DNA of 64,000 nucleotides, from contig JABARW010000018.1 in NCBI GenBank assembly GCA_019186845.1, positions 3,180 through 67,179 of the forward strand, written 5' to 3'. The stretch comes from Planctomycetota bacterium (GTDB taxonomy: Bacteria > Planctomycetota > UBA8742 > UBA2392). A program made the position numbers and the translations under genes. Shown here in pieces: positions 10,644-19,645 of this stretch. Every line of letters starts with the position of its first letter. The first letter of the stretch is position 1. A model generated the notes under the pieces. That model had not been told where the DNA came from. It saw only the letters and a program-made list of their open reading frames with translations, and searched no databases.

Positions 10644-12017
10644 ATGACTGCCACGCTTCAGTCCCGGCCGTTTCGTATCATCACCCAGCTCGACATCAGC
10701 CGCATTCCGCAGTTGCAGCACCTGGATCCGGACTTCGTGCTGTCCATGAAGGCCGTGGCTTCCGTGCTGCCCTTTCGCGTCAACAACTACGTGCTTGAAG
10801 AACTCATTGACTGGTCCAACATTCCGGCCGATCCCATCTTTCAGCTCGTGTTTCCGCAGCCGGGCATGCTGCATCCCCAGGACCTCGCTTCCATGCGGGC
10901 CCTGATCGCGTCCGGCGCGCCTCGCCCTCGCATCCTCAAAGCCGCGCGCGAGATCCAGCATCGCATGAACCCGCACCCGGCCGGACAGAAGCAGCTCAAC
11001 GTACCGGAGATGGACGGCGAACCCGTGGCCGGCATGCAGCACAAGTACCGCGAAACCGTACTGTTCTTCCCCCAGGCCGGGCAAACCTGCCACGCCTACT
11101 GCACCTACTGCTTCCGTTGGGCGCAGTTTGTCGGCATCGAAGATCTCAAGTTCGCCAGCGGCAGCCCCCAGACCCTGGTCCGCTACGTCGAGCAGCACCC
11201 GGAAATCACCAGTGTGCTCTTCACCGGCGGTGACCCCCTGGTGATGAACTCAAAGGTTTTGCGCCAGTATGTGGAGCCCCTGCTAAACATCAGACACCTG
11301 CTCAGCATCCGCATCGGCACGAAGTCCGTGGCCTACTGGCCCTATCGTTTCGTCAATGATCCCGACTCCGACGACCTGCTCAGGCTCTTCGAACAGGTGG
11401 ACCGCAGCGGCAAGAACATGGCCATCATGGCGCACTTCAGCCACCCGCGCGAACTGCAGACGGACATCGCGCGCGAGGCCCTGGCTCGCCTGGCCAACGC
11501 CAACGCCACGGTGCGCTGCCAGGCGCCCCTGATCCGACACGTGAACGACGACTGGCGCTGCTGGTCGGAAATGTGGCGCGAGCAGATCCGCCACAACGCC
11601 ATTCCCTACTACATGTTCGTGGAGCGCGACACCGGCCCCAAGGAGTATTTCAAAGTGCCGCTGGCCCGCTGCCTCGACATCTTCCAGAAGGCCTACGCCA
11701 CCGTCAGCGGCCTGGGACGCACCGTACGCGGCCCCTCCATGAGCTGCACGCCGGGCAAGGTGGTTGTCGACGGCGTCACGGAGATTCAGGGTCAGAAGGT
11801 CTTCGTGCTCAAGTTCCTGCAGGGACGCAACCCGCAGTGGTCCGGCCGTATCTTCTTTGCCGCTTACGATGAAAACGCCGCTTGGCTGGATGATCTGAAG
11901 CCCGCCTTTGGCGAGGACCGCTTCTTCTTCGAACCCGAACTGGAGGCCATGAAGGCCAGCGGCAATGCGCGGGTGTGGCAGAAGCCCGGTTTCCCGGGCT
12001 TCGTCGAGGAGAATTGA
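10644..12017 (+). CDS. KamA-family radical SAM aminomutase (lysine 2,3-aminomutase-like)
   Basis: Radical SAM CxxxCxxC motif in a KamA context (HKYRETVLFFPQAGQTCHAYCTYCFRWAQF). AAAGGAG RBS 6 nt upstream of the ATG. Confidence 0.75.
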   Translation: MTATLQSRPFRIITQLDISRIPQLQHLDPDFVLSMKAVASVLPFRVNNYVLEELIDWSNIPADPIFQLVFPQPGMLHPQDLASMRALIASGAPRPRILKAAREIQHRMNPHPAGQKQLNVPEMDGEPVAGMQHKYRETVLFFPQAGQTCHAYCTYCFRWAQFVGIEDLKFASGSPQTLVRYVEQHPEITSVLFTGGDPLVMNSKVLRQYVEPLLNIRHLLSIRIGTKSVAYWPYRFVNDPDSDDLLRLFEQVDRSGKNMAIMAHFSHPRELQTDIAREALARLANANATVRCQAPLIRHVNDDWRCWSEMWREQIRHNAIPYYMFVERDTGPKEYFKVPLARCLDIFQKAYATVSGLGRTVRGPSMSCTPGKVVVDGVTEIQGQKVFVLKFLQGRNPQWSGRIFFAAYDENAAWLDDLKPAFGEDRFFFEPELEAMKASGNARVWQKPGFPGFVEEN

Positions 12018-12026
12018 CGGTAGCTG

Positions 12027-12431
12027 CTAGCGCACTGCCGCGCCGGCCACGTTGATGACTATGCCCAGCACGATCCAGATCAGGCCGATGATGATGCCGG
12101 CATAAGCCAGGCCGACGCCGGCGTTGCGGCGCTTGGCCTCACCCAGCCCCACACCGCACAGGATGACGCCGACCAGCGGACAGATGAACAGCGAGAGAAT
12201 GAAGCCGGCAATCACAGTACCGGGAATGCCCTGGGGCACGGGTGGCGCACCGTAGCCAAAGGGCTGGCCATAGGCCTGAGGCTGGCCGTAACCCTGCTGC
12301 GGGCCGTAGCCGGGCGGGTAGGCGCCGGGCTGCCCGTAACCGGCCGGTTGCTGGCCATAGCCCTGAGGTTGCTGCCCGTAACCGCCCTGACCGCCCTGCT
12401 GATAAGGATTCTGGTTATAGCCGCCGCTCAT
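12027..12431 (-). CDS. Small membrane protein with a G/Y/Q/P low-complexity N-terminus and a DUF4190-like TM domain
   Basis: About 70 aa of GYGQQP-type repeats, followed by two hydrophobic helices ([24 protein letters not shown]...[17 protein letters not shown]). Confidence 0.55.
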   Translation of the reverse strand: MSGGYNQNPYQQGGQGGYGQQPQGYGQQPAGYGQPGAYPPGYGPQQGYGQPQAYGQPFGYGAPPVPQGIPGTVIAGFILSLFICPLVGVILCGVGLGEAKRRNAGVGLAYAGIIIGLIWIVLGIVINVAGAAVR

Positions 12432-12524
12432 GGCCGCCCCTGTCTGTTGGTGAAGTTGAGCCGTTATTGTGAAGCGCGGCGCTTAAATTGCCAGTGGGCA
12501 CCGTTCCAAACTTCGCGCGCCCGC

Positions 12525-13619
12525 TCAGGCCTGCTTGGCCATCTCCTTGAGCCGTTCGGCTCGTTCCCACTTGCGCAGGGCGAAGATCACCTCGTCCAGG
12601 CGTCCTTCCATGACCTGCTCAAGGCCGAAGTTCTCGTTGCAGCGATGGTCAGTGCAGCGGTTTTGCGGGAAGTTGTAGGTGCGGATCTTCTCGCCGCGCT
12701 TTCCTGAGCCAATCACGCTGCGGGCTTCTTTTCGTTCAGCGGCGATACGTTCCTGCTCGCGCTCGTAAAGCTTGGCCCGCAGAATGCGCAGCGCCTCGTC
12801 CTTGTTCTTGTGAAAGCTGGGCGTCATCTGGCAATCCACGAAGATACCCGTGGGAATGTGCCGCATCTGGCAGCGGGAAGCCGTCTTGTTCACGTTCTGG
12901 CCGCCGGGGCCGCCGGAGCGCGCAGCCTGGATGTCGAGATCGGCCTCATTGATCTTGATATCCACCTCTTCCACCTCGGGCAGCACGGCCACGGTGGCCA
13001 GCGAGGTGTGAATGCGGCCCTGCGTTTCCGTCGCGGGAACGCGCTGCACGCGGTGTCCGCCGGCCTCGTACTTGAACCATTTCCATACGTTGTCGCCGGT
13101 GATCGAGTAGGTGCCGGACTTCACGCCGCCGACTTCGCTCTCCACTTCATCCATCACCACGAGCTTGAACTTGTGCTGGGCGCAAAAGCGCGCGTAGGTC
13201 TCCATCAGCTCACGGGCAAACAGCGTGGCTTCGTCACCGCCTTCGGCGCCGCGGATTTCAAGGATACAGTTGCGGCTGTCGCTGGCGTCCTCGAGCACCA
13301 GCATGTCTTCGGCTTCCTCGGCCAGCCGGGCGAACTGGGGCTTGAGTTCCTTGAGCTCTTCCTCGGCCATGGCGCGCATTTCGGCGTCGCCGGACTTGTC
13401 AGCGATAATCTCCTCGTCGCCTTTGATCTGGGCCTCGAGCTTGCTCAGTCGATCGCAAACCTCCGCCAGCTCCTTGAGCTGGCCGCGCTCGCGCTGGACT
13501 TCCTTGAAGAGCGCCTGGTTGCCATAGACGGCGGGGTCTTCAATGGATTTGGTCAGCTCCGCATAGCGCGCTGCGCGCTTTTTCAGCATTTCAAGGACAA
13601 CCATGACCTGCTCCCGCAA
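12525..13619 (-). CDS. prfA: Peptide chain release factor 1
   Basis: GGQ motif (SGGPGGQNVNKT) and the RF1-specific PAT tripeptide (RVPATETQGRIHTS). Confidence 0.9.
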   Translation of the reverse strand: MREQVMVVLEMLKKRAARYAELTKSIEDPAVYGNQALFKEVQRERGQLKELAEVCDRLSKLEAQIKGDEEIIADKSGDAEMRAMAEEELKELKPQFARLAEEAEDMLVLEDASDSRNCILEIRGAEGGDEATLFARELMETYARFCAQHKFKLVVMDEVESEVGGVKSGTYSITGDNVWKWFKYEAGGHRVQRVPATETQGRIHTSLATVAVLPEVEEVDIKINEADLDIQAARSGGPGGQNVNKTASRCQMRHIPTGIFVDCQMTPSFHKNKDEALRILRAKLYEREQERIAAERKEARSVIGSGKRGEKIRTYNFPQNRCTDHRCNENFGLEQVMEGRLDEVIFALRKWERAERLKEMAKQA

Positions 13620-13637
13620 TGATTCCTTACGTCAGCC

Positions 13638-13675
13638 AAATGAAAAGCGTGGCCGGGCTTGCGCCCCGCCACGCT
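13638..13675 (-). terminator. Hairpin plus U-tract between rpmE and prfA (terminator/attenuator-like)
   Basis: On the minus strand: AGCGTGGCGGGGCGCAAGCCCGGCCACGCT followed by TTTCATTT. The stem has 8 bp, a bulge, then 3 bp. Confidence 0.5.
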
Positions 13676-13688
13676 CGATTTCACCGGG

Positions 13689-14084
13689 CTAACGTCCGCG
13701 ACCACGGCCTCCGCCACCGGGGCCGCCGCGGCCCTTCTTCTCTTCCTTCTCCTCCACCGGAATGATCACTTCGCGGTTGGCGCCCAGCAGGCGCTTGCGC
13801 TCCAGCGCCGTCTTGAGGTCTTCCTTGGGCGCGGCCACTTTCTTGACGTCCAGCTTCTGGGTGGCCTTGACCTTGGCCTTGTCCTTGTCCCAGGCGAAAC
13901 GCTTGGTGAAGGCATCCACGCGGCCGGCGCTGTCCACGAACTTCTGCGTGCCCGTGTAGAACGGGTGGCAGCCGCTGCAGATGTCAACGCTCAGCGTTTC
14001 CTTCTTGTACATGATGTGGAACTTGTTGCCGCAGGTGCAGCTCACTTCGCAGAGGTGCACTTTCGGATGGATGTCAGCCTGCAT
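13689..14084 (-). CDS. rpmE: 50S ribosomal protein L31 with a ~65-aa basic C-terminal extension
   Basis: MQADIHPKVHLCEVSCTCGNKF...CSGCHPFYTGTQKFVDSAGRVDAFTKRF is canonical L31 with zinc-type Cys. A K/E-rich tail follows, ending in GRGGPGGGGRGRGR. Confidence 0.85.
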   Translation of the reverse strand: MQADIHPKVHLCEVSCTCGNKFHIMYKKETLSVDICSGCHPFYTGTQKFVDSAGRVDAFTKRFAWDKDKAKVKATQKLDVKKVAAPKEDLKTALERKRLLGANREVIIPVEEKEEKKGRGGPGGGGRGRGR

Positions 14085-14340
14085 GGGTCTCTCGCTCTGG
14101 CCCCCGCGGAACCGGACGACAGGGCCTCATGGCCTGCCGCGCTTCCGGCCCTCCTTGGCGGGCGGAAAATTGGACGCGCAACTGTAGCGAGGAACGCCCC
14201 GCTGGCAAGGGGTGAGCAGGGGCGGGGTAAGAGTCCGGCGGCCGGAATTCTTCTGGAACCGGGATGCCCGATGATTCGTATTGGTAGTGCATCTGACGCG
14301 CACTAGACTGCCTTTGAGAACCCCATCGCTTGGGAGACGC

Positions 14341-17300
14341 ATGCCGGAAAAGCGCGACCCATCTGCCGGCCGCCGCAACGTCATTCTGGCGGCATTGGCC
14401 GTCGTGGTTCTGGTGCTGATTGCCGCAGGAGTGGTGATTATTTCGCCGCCGGGCGAACGCGGCCGCCCCCTGCGGCCCGGGGAAGACTCCGCGTCGAGGC
14501 ATTCCCGCAACAGTGATCTCTTTGAAGAAGAGGGGCTTGATGAAGCCCGGCCTGGCCAGCCCCGGCCACAGGACGGGGTCAAAACATCCAACCCCGCGGG
14601 CCAGGGCCAGGAGGCTTCGGAGCCCCGCCCCGCAGACAGTCGCGGAAAAGTGCCCGGCGCCGATGAAGCGGCGGAGGTTGTTGACCCCGAAGAGATATCG
14701 GGTCCGGCCAAGGGCCACCTGATCATCCGGGTGACCGACCGCGCCGATGACCGGCCGGTGATTGGCGCCAGTGTGTATTTTCCGATGCGCGAAACCAACC
14801 TCGAAAGCGAGGGCGGCGAGATCCGTCTGCTGCCCGGCATGGCGCAAGCGGTCAAACGCACGAACAAGCACGGCATTGCGGTCTGGAAGGAAGGCGAACT
14901 CCATAGGTTGCCGGGTTTGGGATTCAAGACCGAGGGCGTGGCCGATATGGGCGTTGCCCGCCTGACCTCATCCAGCGTAGTCGTCACCGCCCCCGGCTAC
15001 GCCGACCTGTTTGAAACTGTCGCCGTCCCCGCCCTCGATCCCAGGGGCAGTGAGGTCGCGCTGAAACTCTCCAGCGCCGTGCGCGTCTCCGGCAAGTGCC
15101 GCCTCAAGCGCGGCGGCAACGCCGCCAGCGTGCGCATCGAGGTGCGGCAATCTTCGCGCCAGGGGGTCAGCGCCAATCCGGCCAACGGCTTCACGGTCGT
15201 GGCGGACAGTCTGGGCGAGTTCCAGCTGAAGGTGGCCAACGATTACCTCTATCAGTTCGCCGTAAAGCACAGCGGCTATGCCCCCTACCTGAGCCAGGTG
15301 TTCGACTTTAAGCGTGACGAGCGCGAAGTCAGCATCGTGCTCGAGCCGGCGCAGGGCATCGAGGGCGTCGTGACCGACAAATCGGGCAAAGGCATCGCCG
15401 GCGCGACGGTCACCAGCGTTCACGAGCGCCTGGGGGTGGAAACGGACAGCGACGGGCGCTTCATCTTCGATCTTGTGAAGGACCGCATTTACTCCAACGA
15501 CATTCACCTGCGCATCACGGCCGCGGGCTATGCGCCTCTTTCGCGACAGGTCCTAGCCAACGACCGCAACGTGAAGATCGAGCTCTCACGCGAAGGCACG
15601 CTCAAAGGCGTGGTGGTCAATGAAAAGGGCAAGCCGGTCATGGAGGCCCGCGTTACGTGCCGCTACATGGAGGGCCGCGAGGAAATCTTCAGCGCCGAAT
15701 CTAACGTCGACGGCGAGGGCAACTTCAGCTTTGCGGGGTTTGGCCAGGGAGTAGCCCGCCTCATCGCTCACACCCAAGACGGTCTGAGCAGCGAGGTGGC
15801 CCAGGTCAAGGTCGCGCCGGAGACGGAGGCCGGCCCCGTGCAACTCAAGCTCACGACCGCGGCAGCCATCACCGGCCAGGTTCGCGTCCGGGGCGGAGGA
15901 GGCATTGAGAAAGTCACCCTGGCCCTGAATGGCAAGCCCGTGGCCAGCACCGACGCCGAGGGCAACTTTTCAATCGCCGCGCTCGACGCGGGCGAGCACA
16001 GCCTGAAGGTCGTCAACCAGTATCCCATTGAAGACGGGCAGCTTCGCCAACTGCCGCTGTTCACGACCGACGGCAAGGCCTTCTATTACCTGCCGGCGGA
16101 GCGCAAGCTGAGGCTGAAGCTTGGCGCCAGCGAAGCCGTCATCTTCGAGTGCGACCCATTCGAGGCCAAGTTTGACCGCACCATCACGCTGCGCATCATC
16201 ACGGTGCCGGCCGAAACGGCGACAGCCGTCGTCGTGACCATCAACCCGGTGTTCGGCGCGCCTCCCGCCGGCATTGAAATGCCCAAGCCCTATGCCTTCC
16301 CCGTGGATATCCCCGACGGCCGGCTGGAAACGCAAAGCAAGCTGCTCAACGGCGTGAGCTATGAGGTCACCTTTGTCCATCCCCGCTACTTCACGGCCAC
16401 CCTCAACCACCAGGCCCTGGCCCAGGTGAAGGACGGCGAGACCGTCGAGGTGAGGCTCGAGCGCGCCTTCATGATCAAGGGCTACGTCAAGGACAGCCAG
16501 GGCAACGGTCTGGAGGGCGTAGGCCTGTCCAAGGACCCCGATAACAAGTGGGCCCAGAGCGCCACGACGGACATCCATGGCTACTTCGAGTTCGGCCAGT
16601 TGAAGGAAGGCGATTATGTGATCAGCGCCTTCAAGACCAGCTACTACCTCGAACAGAAGGCAATCAATATTCAGGGGCGCGATCCGGACCTGCTTCAGAT
16701 CCAGCTCATCAGCGCCAACGAAATCCGCATTATCGTGATGAACAACGGCCAGCCACAGCCGGGCGCGCGCTGCCACATCTACCGCAATGAAAACGACAGC
16801 AGCAACCCCGACGACTGGAAGGTCCACTTCGATATCGGCACGACCGACGCCAACGGCGTGAAAGTGATCAACTTCCACTGGCAGCGCAACTATCAGGTCG
16901 TGGCCCTGCACGGCAGCCGCATCGGCTACGTCAACTTCGACAACCTTCGCGAAACGCCCTCGCGGGAAGTGACCTTGAGTCTGGAGCCGGCCTATCAGTT
17001 ATCAGGCCAGGTCGTCGATGCCCAGACCGGTGCGCCCGTGCCCGAGGCCTTCGTGCGCGCCCACATCGAACCCACCGGCGTTGAGGGCAAAGACGGCAAC
17101 CTGTTCCAGACCCAGAGCAATTCAGCCGGCAGCTTCTCGCTTACGGTTCCCGCCGGGATGTACCACTTCTACGTGCCCCAGAGCACGCTTTACCGCCGCT
17201 TGGACACCACGGGCAACCCGGTGCCCCAGGGCACGACGGGCATCGCGCTGGCGGTGCAGCTGCGCGACGACATCCAGGGCAACTACGCCCAGATGGTCTC

Positions 17301-17643
17301 TTTCAGTTGCCCCGCATCCATGACGGCCGGGCAGGAGTATGAAGTCAGCGTCACGATGCGCAACTCCGGCTCCACGACCTGGAACTCCACGGGCGCCAAC
17401 GCCTGGCGACTGGGCTCCCAGGCGCCGCAGGACAACAACACCTGGAACATCTCGCGCGTCAACATTGCCGCAGGCGTCGAGGTGCGTCCCGGCGAAAGCT
17501 ATACGTTCACCTTCAACGTTCGAGCCCCCGCGACTGCCGGCCAGTACAACATGCAATGGCGCATGGTGCAGGAAAACGTCCAATGGTTCGGGCAGTACAC
17601 GCCCCTGCGGCAGGTTACGGTGGTCGCGGCCTCCGGCGGGTAG
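14341..17643 (+). CDS. Large N-terminally anchored protein with many carboxypeptidase-regulatory-like beta-sandwich repeats and a C-terminal NBR1-like domain
   Basis: TM/signal anchor (VILAALAVVVLVLIAAGVVII). Recurrent motifs G.V.D..G.P..GA.V....... at ~90-aa spacing. C-terminus YEVSVTMRNSGSTTWNS...YTFTFNVRAPATAGQYNMQWRMV. Start taken at the ATG at 14341. Confidence 0.6.
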   Translation: MPEKRDPSAGRRNVILAALAVVVLVLIAAGVVIISPPGERGRPLRPGEDSASRHSRNSDLFEEEGLDEARPGQPRPQDGVKTSNPAGQGQEASEPRPADSRGKVPGADEAAEVVDPEEISGPAKGHLIIRVTDRADDRPVIGASVYFPMRETNLESEGGEIRLLPGMAQAVKRTNKHGIAVWKEGELHRLPGLGFKTEGVADMGVARLTSSSVVVTAPGYADLFETVAVPALDPRGSEVALKLSSAVRVSGKCRLKRGGNAASVRIEVRQSSRQGVSANPANGFTVVADSLGEFQLKVANDYLYQFAVKHSGYAPYLSQVFDFKRDEREVSIVLEPAQGIEGVVTDKSGKGIAGATVTSVHERLGVETDSDGRFIFDLVKDRIYSNDIHLRITAAGYAPLSRQVLANDRNVKIELSREGTLKGVVVNEKGKPVMEARVTCRYMEGREEIFSAESNVDGEGNFSFAGFGQGVARLIAHTQDGLSSEVAQVKVAPETEAGPVQLKLTTAAAITGQVRVRGGGGIEKVTLALNGKPVASTDAEGNFSIAALDAGEHSLKVVNQYPIEDGQLRQLPLFTTDGKAFYYLPAERKLRLKLGASEAVIFECDPFEAKFDRTITLRIITVPAETATAVVVTINPVFGAPPAGIEMPKPYAFPVDIPDGRLETQSKLLNGVSYEVTFVHPRYFTATLNHQALAQVKDGETVEVRLERAFMIKGYVKDSQGNGLEGVGLSKDPDNKWAQSATTDIHGYFEFGQLKEGDYVISAFKTSYYLEQKAINIQGRDPDLLQIQLISANEIRIIVMNNGQPQPGARCHIYRNENDSSNPDDWKVHFDIGTTDANGVKVINFHWQRNYQVVALHGSRIGYVNFDNLRETPSREVTLSLEPAYQLSGQVVDAQTGAPVPEAFVRAHIEPTGVEGKDGNLFQTQSNSAGSFSLTVPAGMYHFYVPQSTLYRRLDTTGNPVPQGTTGIALAVQLRDDIQGNYAQMVSFSCPASMTAGQEYEVSVTMRNSGSTTWNSTGANAWRLGSQAPQDNNTWNISRVNIAAGVEVRPGESYTFTFNVRAPATAGQYNMQWRMVQENVQWFGQYTPLRQVTVVAASGG

Positions 17644-17668
17644 GGCCGCATGTTTGCGCTTTGGCCGG

Positions 17669-18283
17669 TCAATACTCCCGGCGCAGAATCAGGAAGGTCT
17701 GGCGGCCGGGCAGCACGTCCTGCTCGTGGCGCAGGTCAAAATCCAGCGCGTAAAGGCGCTCGATGAACTCACTGGGCTGCCAATAGCCGCGCCACACCTT
17801 GCCCGCGCCGGACTTGTGGGTTTCCAGCCCCTCGCCGCTGCCGATTTTCAGCCTGACACCCAGCACGCCGCCGGGACGGAGCGCGTCGCGCAGGCCGCGG
17901 ACTGTGTCGTCAAACTCTCGCCGTTCTATGTGACCCAGCAGGGCATCGGCGAAGATGGCGTCAAAGCCGCTGCGGGTGAAGGGCAGGTGCCTCATGTCCG
18001 CGCAGACCAGCGGAGCCAGGGGCGCCTCTTTTCGCAGGTGCGACAGGGCGACCCGACTGAAGTCCATGCCTACCGCATAGGCCCCCTGCTCACCCAGTTC
18101 GTGAAGCAGCGCGGCAGCGGTGCCCCCCATCACCAAGCAGCGAATGGAAGGGCGCCCTACGTATTGATAGAGCAGCCGCGCGTGGTGCGTGAGGCCCGCA
18201 GCCGGACGCGGATCAAACTGGTTCAAAAGGGCGGCCGCGGCGCGCTCGTAGGTCTGGCGTGTAATGTCAGCGTTGCTGGGCAT
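17669..18283 (-). CDS. Class I SAM-dependent methyltransferase
   Basis: Motif I-like CLVMGGTAAALLHELGEQGAYAVGMDFS and post-I/II acidic residues. Confidence 0.7.
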   Translation of the reverse strand: MPSNADITRQTYERAAAALLNQFDPRPAAGLTHHARLLYQYVGRPSIRCLVMGGTAAALLHELGEQGAYAVGMDFSRVALSHLRKEAPLAPLVCADMRHLPFTRSGFDAIFADALLGHIERREFDDTVRGLRDALRPGGVLGVRLKIGSGEGLETHKSGAGKVWRGYWQPSEFIERLYALDFDLRHEQDVLPGRQTFLILRREY

Positions 18284-18450
18284 GAAGCCGTTTCAGATTC
18301 CGCGGGCACTGGAGCCGCAAGCAAGCATACATCCCCTGAAAACCCTACAATGAACTGCTGAAAACGCCCCTTCCAACGGCCCGGTAAGGTAGCGCGACAG
18401 CCCGTCAGGATATAGCTTGCAGCCTGGAGAATTGGAAACCGACAAAGGAC

Positions 18451-19641
18451 ATGGCCATGAAGACCGCCGTCATCTGCGAAGCGCTGCGCACGCCCATCGG
18501 GAAGTTTCAGGGATCCCTGAGTTCGTTTGAGGCCCCCAGGCTGGGCGCCCACGTGGTGAAGGCGCTACTGGCTAAGAGCAAGCTCGACCCTGAACGCGTC
18601 GACGAAGTGATCATGGGCAACGTGCTTCAGGCAGGCCTGGGCCAGAACCCCGCGCGCCAGGCGGCGCTGCACGGTGGTGTGCCGCCCAAGGTGGGCGCCA
18701 TGACCATCAACAAGGTCTGCGGCAGCGGCCTCAAGAGCGTGGCCCTGGCCGCCCAGGCCATTCGCTTGGGCGACGCCAGCTGCATCATCGCGGGCGGCTT
18801 TGAGAGCATGAGCAATACGCCCTACCTTCTGCCCGGCGTGCGCAATGGCCTGCGCCTGGGACACGGTCAGGCCATTGACGCCATGATTCACGACGGCCTG
18901 TGGGACAAATACAACGACTTCCATATGGGCATGACGGCCGAACTGGTCGCGGGCGAATACGGCATCAGCCGCGCCGAGCAGGACAAGTTCGCCTGCGAAA
19001 GCCACATGAAGGCCCTCAAGGCCATTGACCAGGGCGCCTTCAAGGCGGAAATCACTCCCCTAGAACTCAAGGGCAAGAAGGGTGAAGTCACCCTCGTAGA
19101 TACGGACGAGGGCCCGCGCCGTGATACGACCGTGGAAGCCCTGAGCAAGCTCAAGCCGGCCTTCAAGCCCGAAGGGGGCACCGTGACCGCCGGCAACGCC
19201 CCCAGCGTCAATGACGGCGCGGCCGGAGTCATCGTGTGCGCGGAAGATGAGGCCCATCGGCTCGGGCTCAAACCCCTGGCGCGTATCACGGGCTATGCCA
19301 CGGGCGGCCTCGAACCCAAGTGGGTCATGATGGCGCCCAGAGAAGCGGTCAAGAGCCTCTTGAGCAAGACCGGTGTCAATATCGGCCACTTTGACCTGAT
19401 CGAACTGAACGAGGCCTTCGGCGTCGCGGCCATTGCCCTGCAGCGCGAACTCAAGATTGACCCGGCGCGGCTCAACATCCATGGCGGCGCCGTGGCCCTG
19501 GGGCACCCCATCGGAGCCTCCGGCTGCCGCATTCTCGTAACGCTGCTTCACGCGTTGAAGGGGCGCAACCTCAAGCGGGGCCTCGCCGGGCTCTGCCTGG
19601 GGGGCGGCAATGCCGTGGCCCTCAGCGTCGAGTTGGTGTAG
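18451..19641 (+). CDS. Acetyl-CoA C-acetyltransferase (thiolase II)
   Basis: Active-site context NKVCGSGLKS, NIHGGAVALGHPIGASG, LCLGGGNAVAL. Confidence 0.9.
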   Translation: MAMKTAVICEALRTPIGKFQGSLSSFEAPRLGAHVVKALLAKSKLDPERVDEVIMGNVLQAGLGQNPARQAALHGGVPPKVGAMTINKVCGSGLKSVALAAQAIRLGDASCIIAGGFESMSNTPYLLPGVRNGLRLGHGQAIDAMIHDGLWDKYNDFHMGMTAELVAGEYGISRAEQDKFACESHMKALKAIDQGAFKAEITPLELKGKKGEVTLVDTDEGPRRDTTVEALSKLKPAFKPEGGTVTAGNAPSVNDGAAGVIVCAEDEAHRLGLKPLARITGYATGGLEPKWVMMAPREAVKSLLSKTGVNIGHFDLIELNEAFGVAAIALQRELKIDPARLNIHGGAVALGHPIGASGCRILVTLLHALKGRNLKRGLAGLCLGGGNAVALSVELV

Positions 19642-19645
19642 CCGC

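Noticed and set aside
10311-11198. The N-terminal extension of the aminotransferase ORF to 728 aa
   Set aside because: The extension overlaps the KamA gene on the other strand and is Arg/Gly/His-rich. The aminotransferase homology begins at the ATG at 10310.
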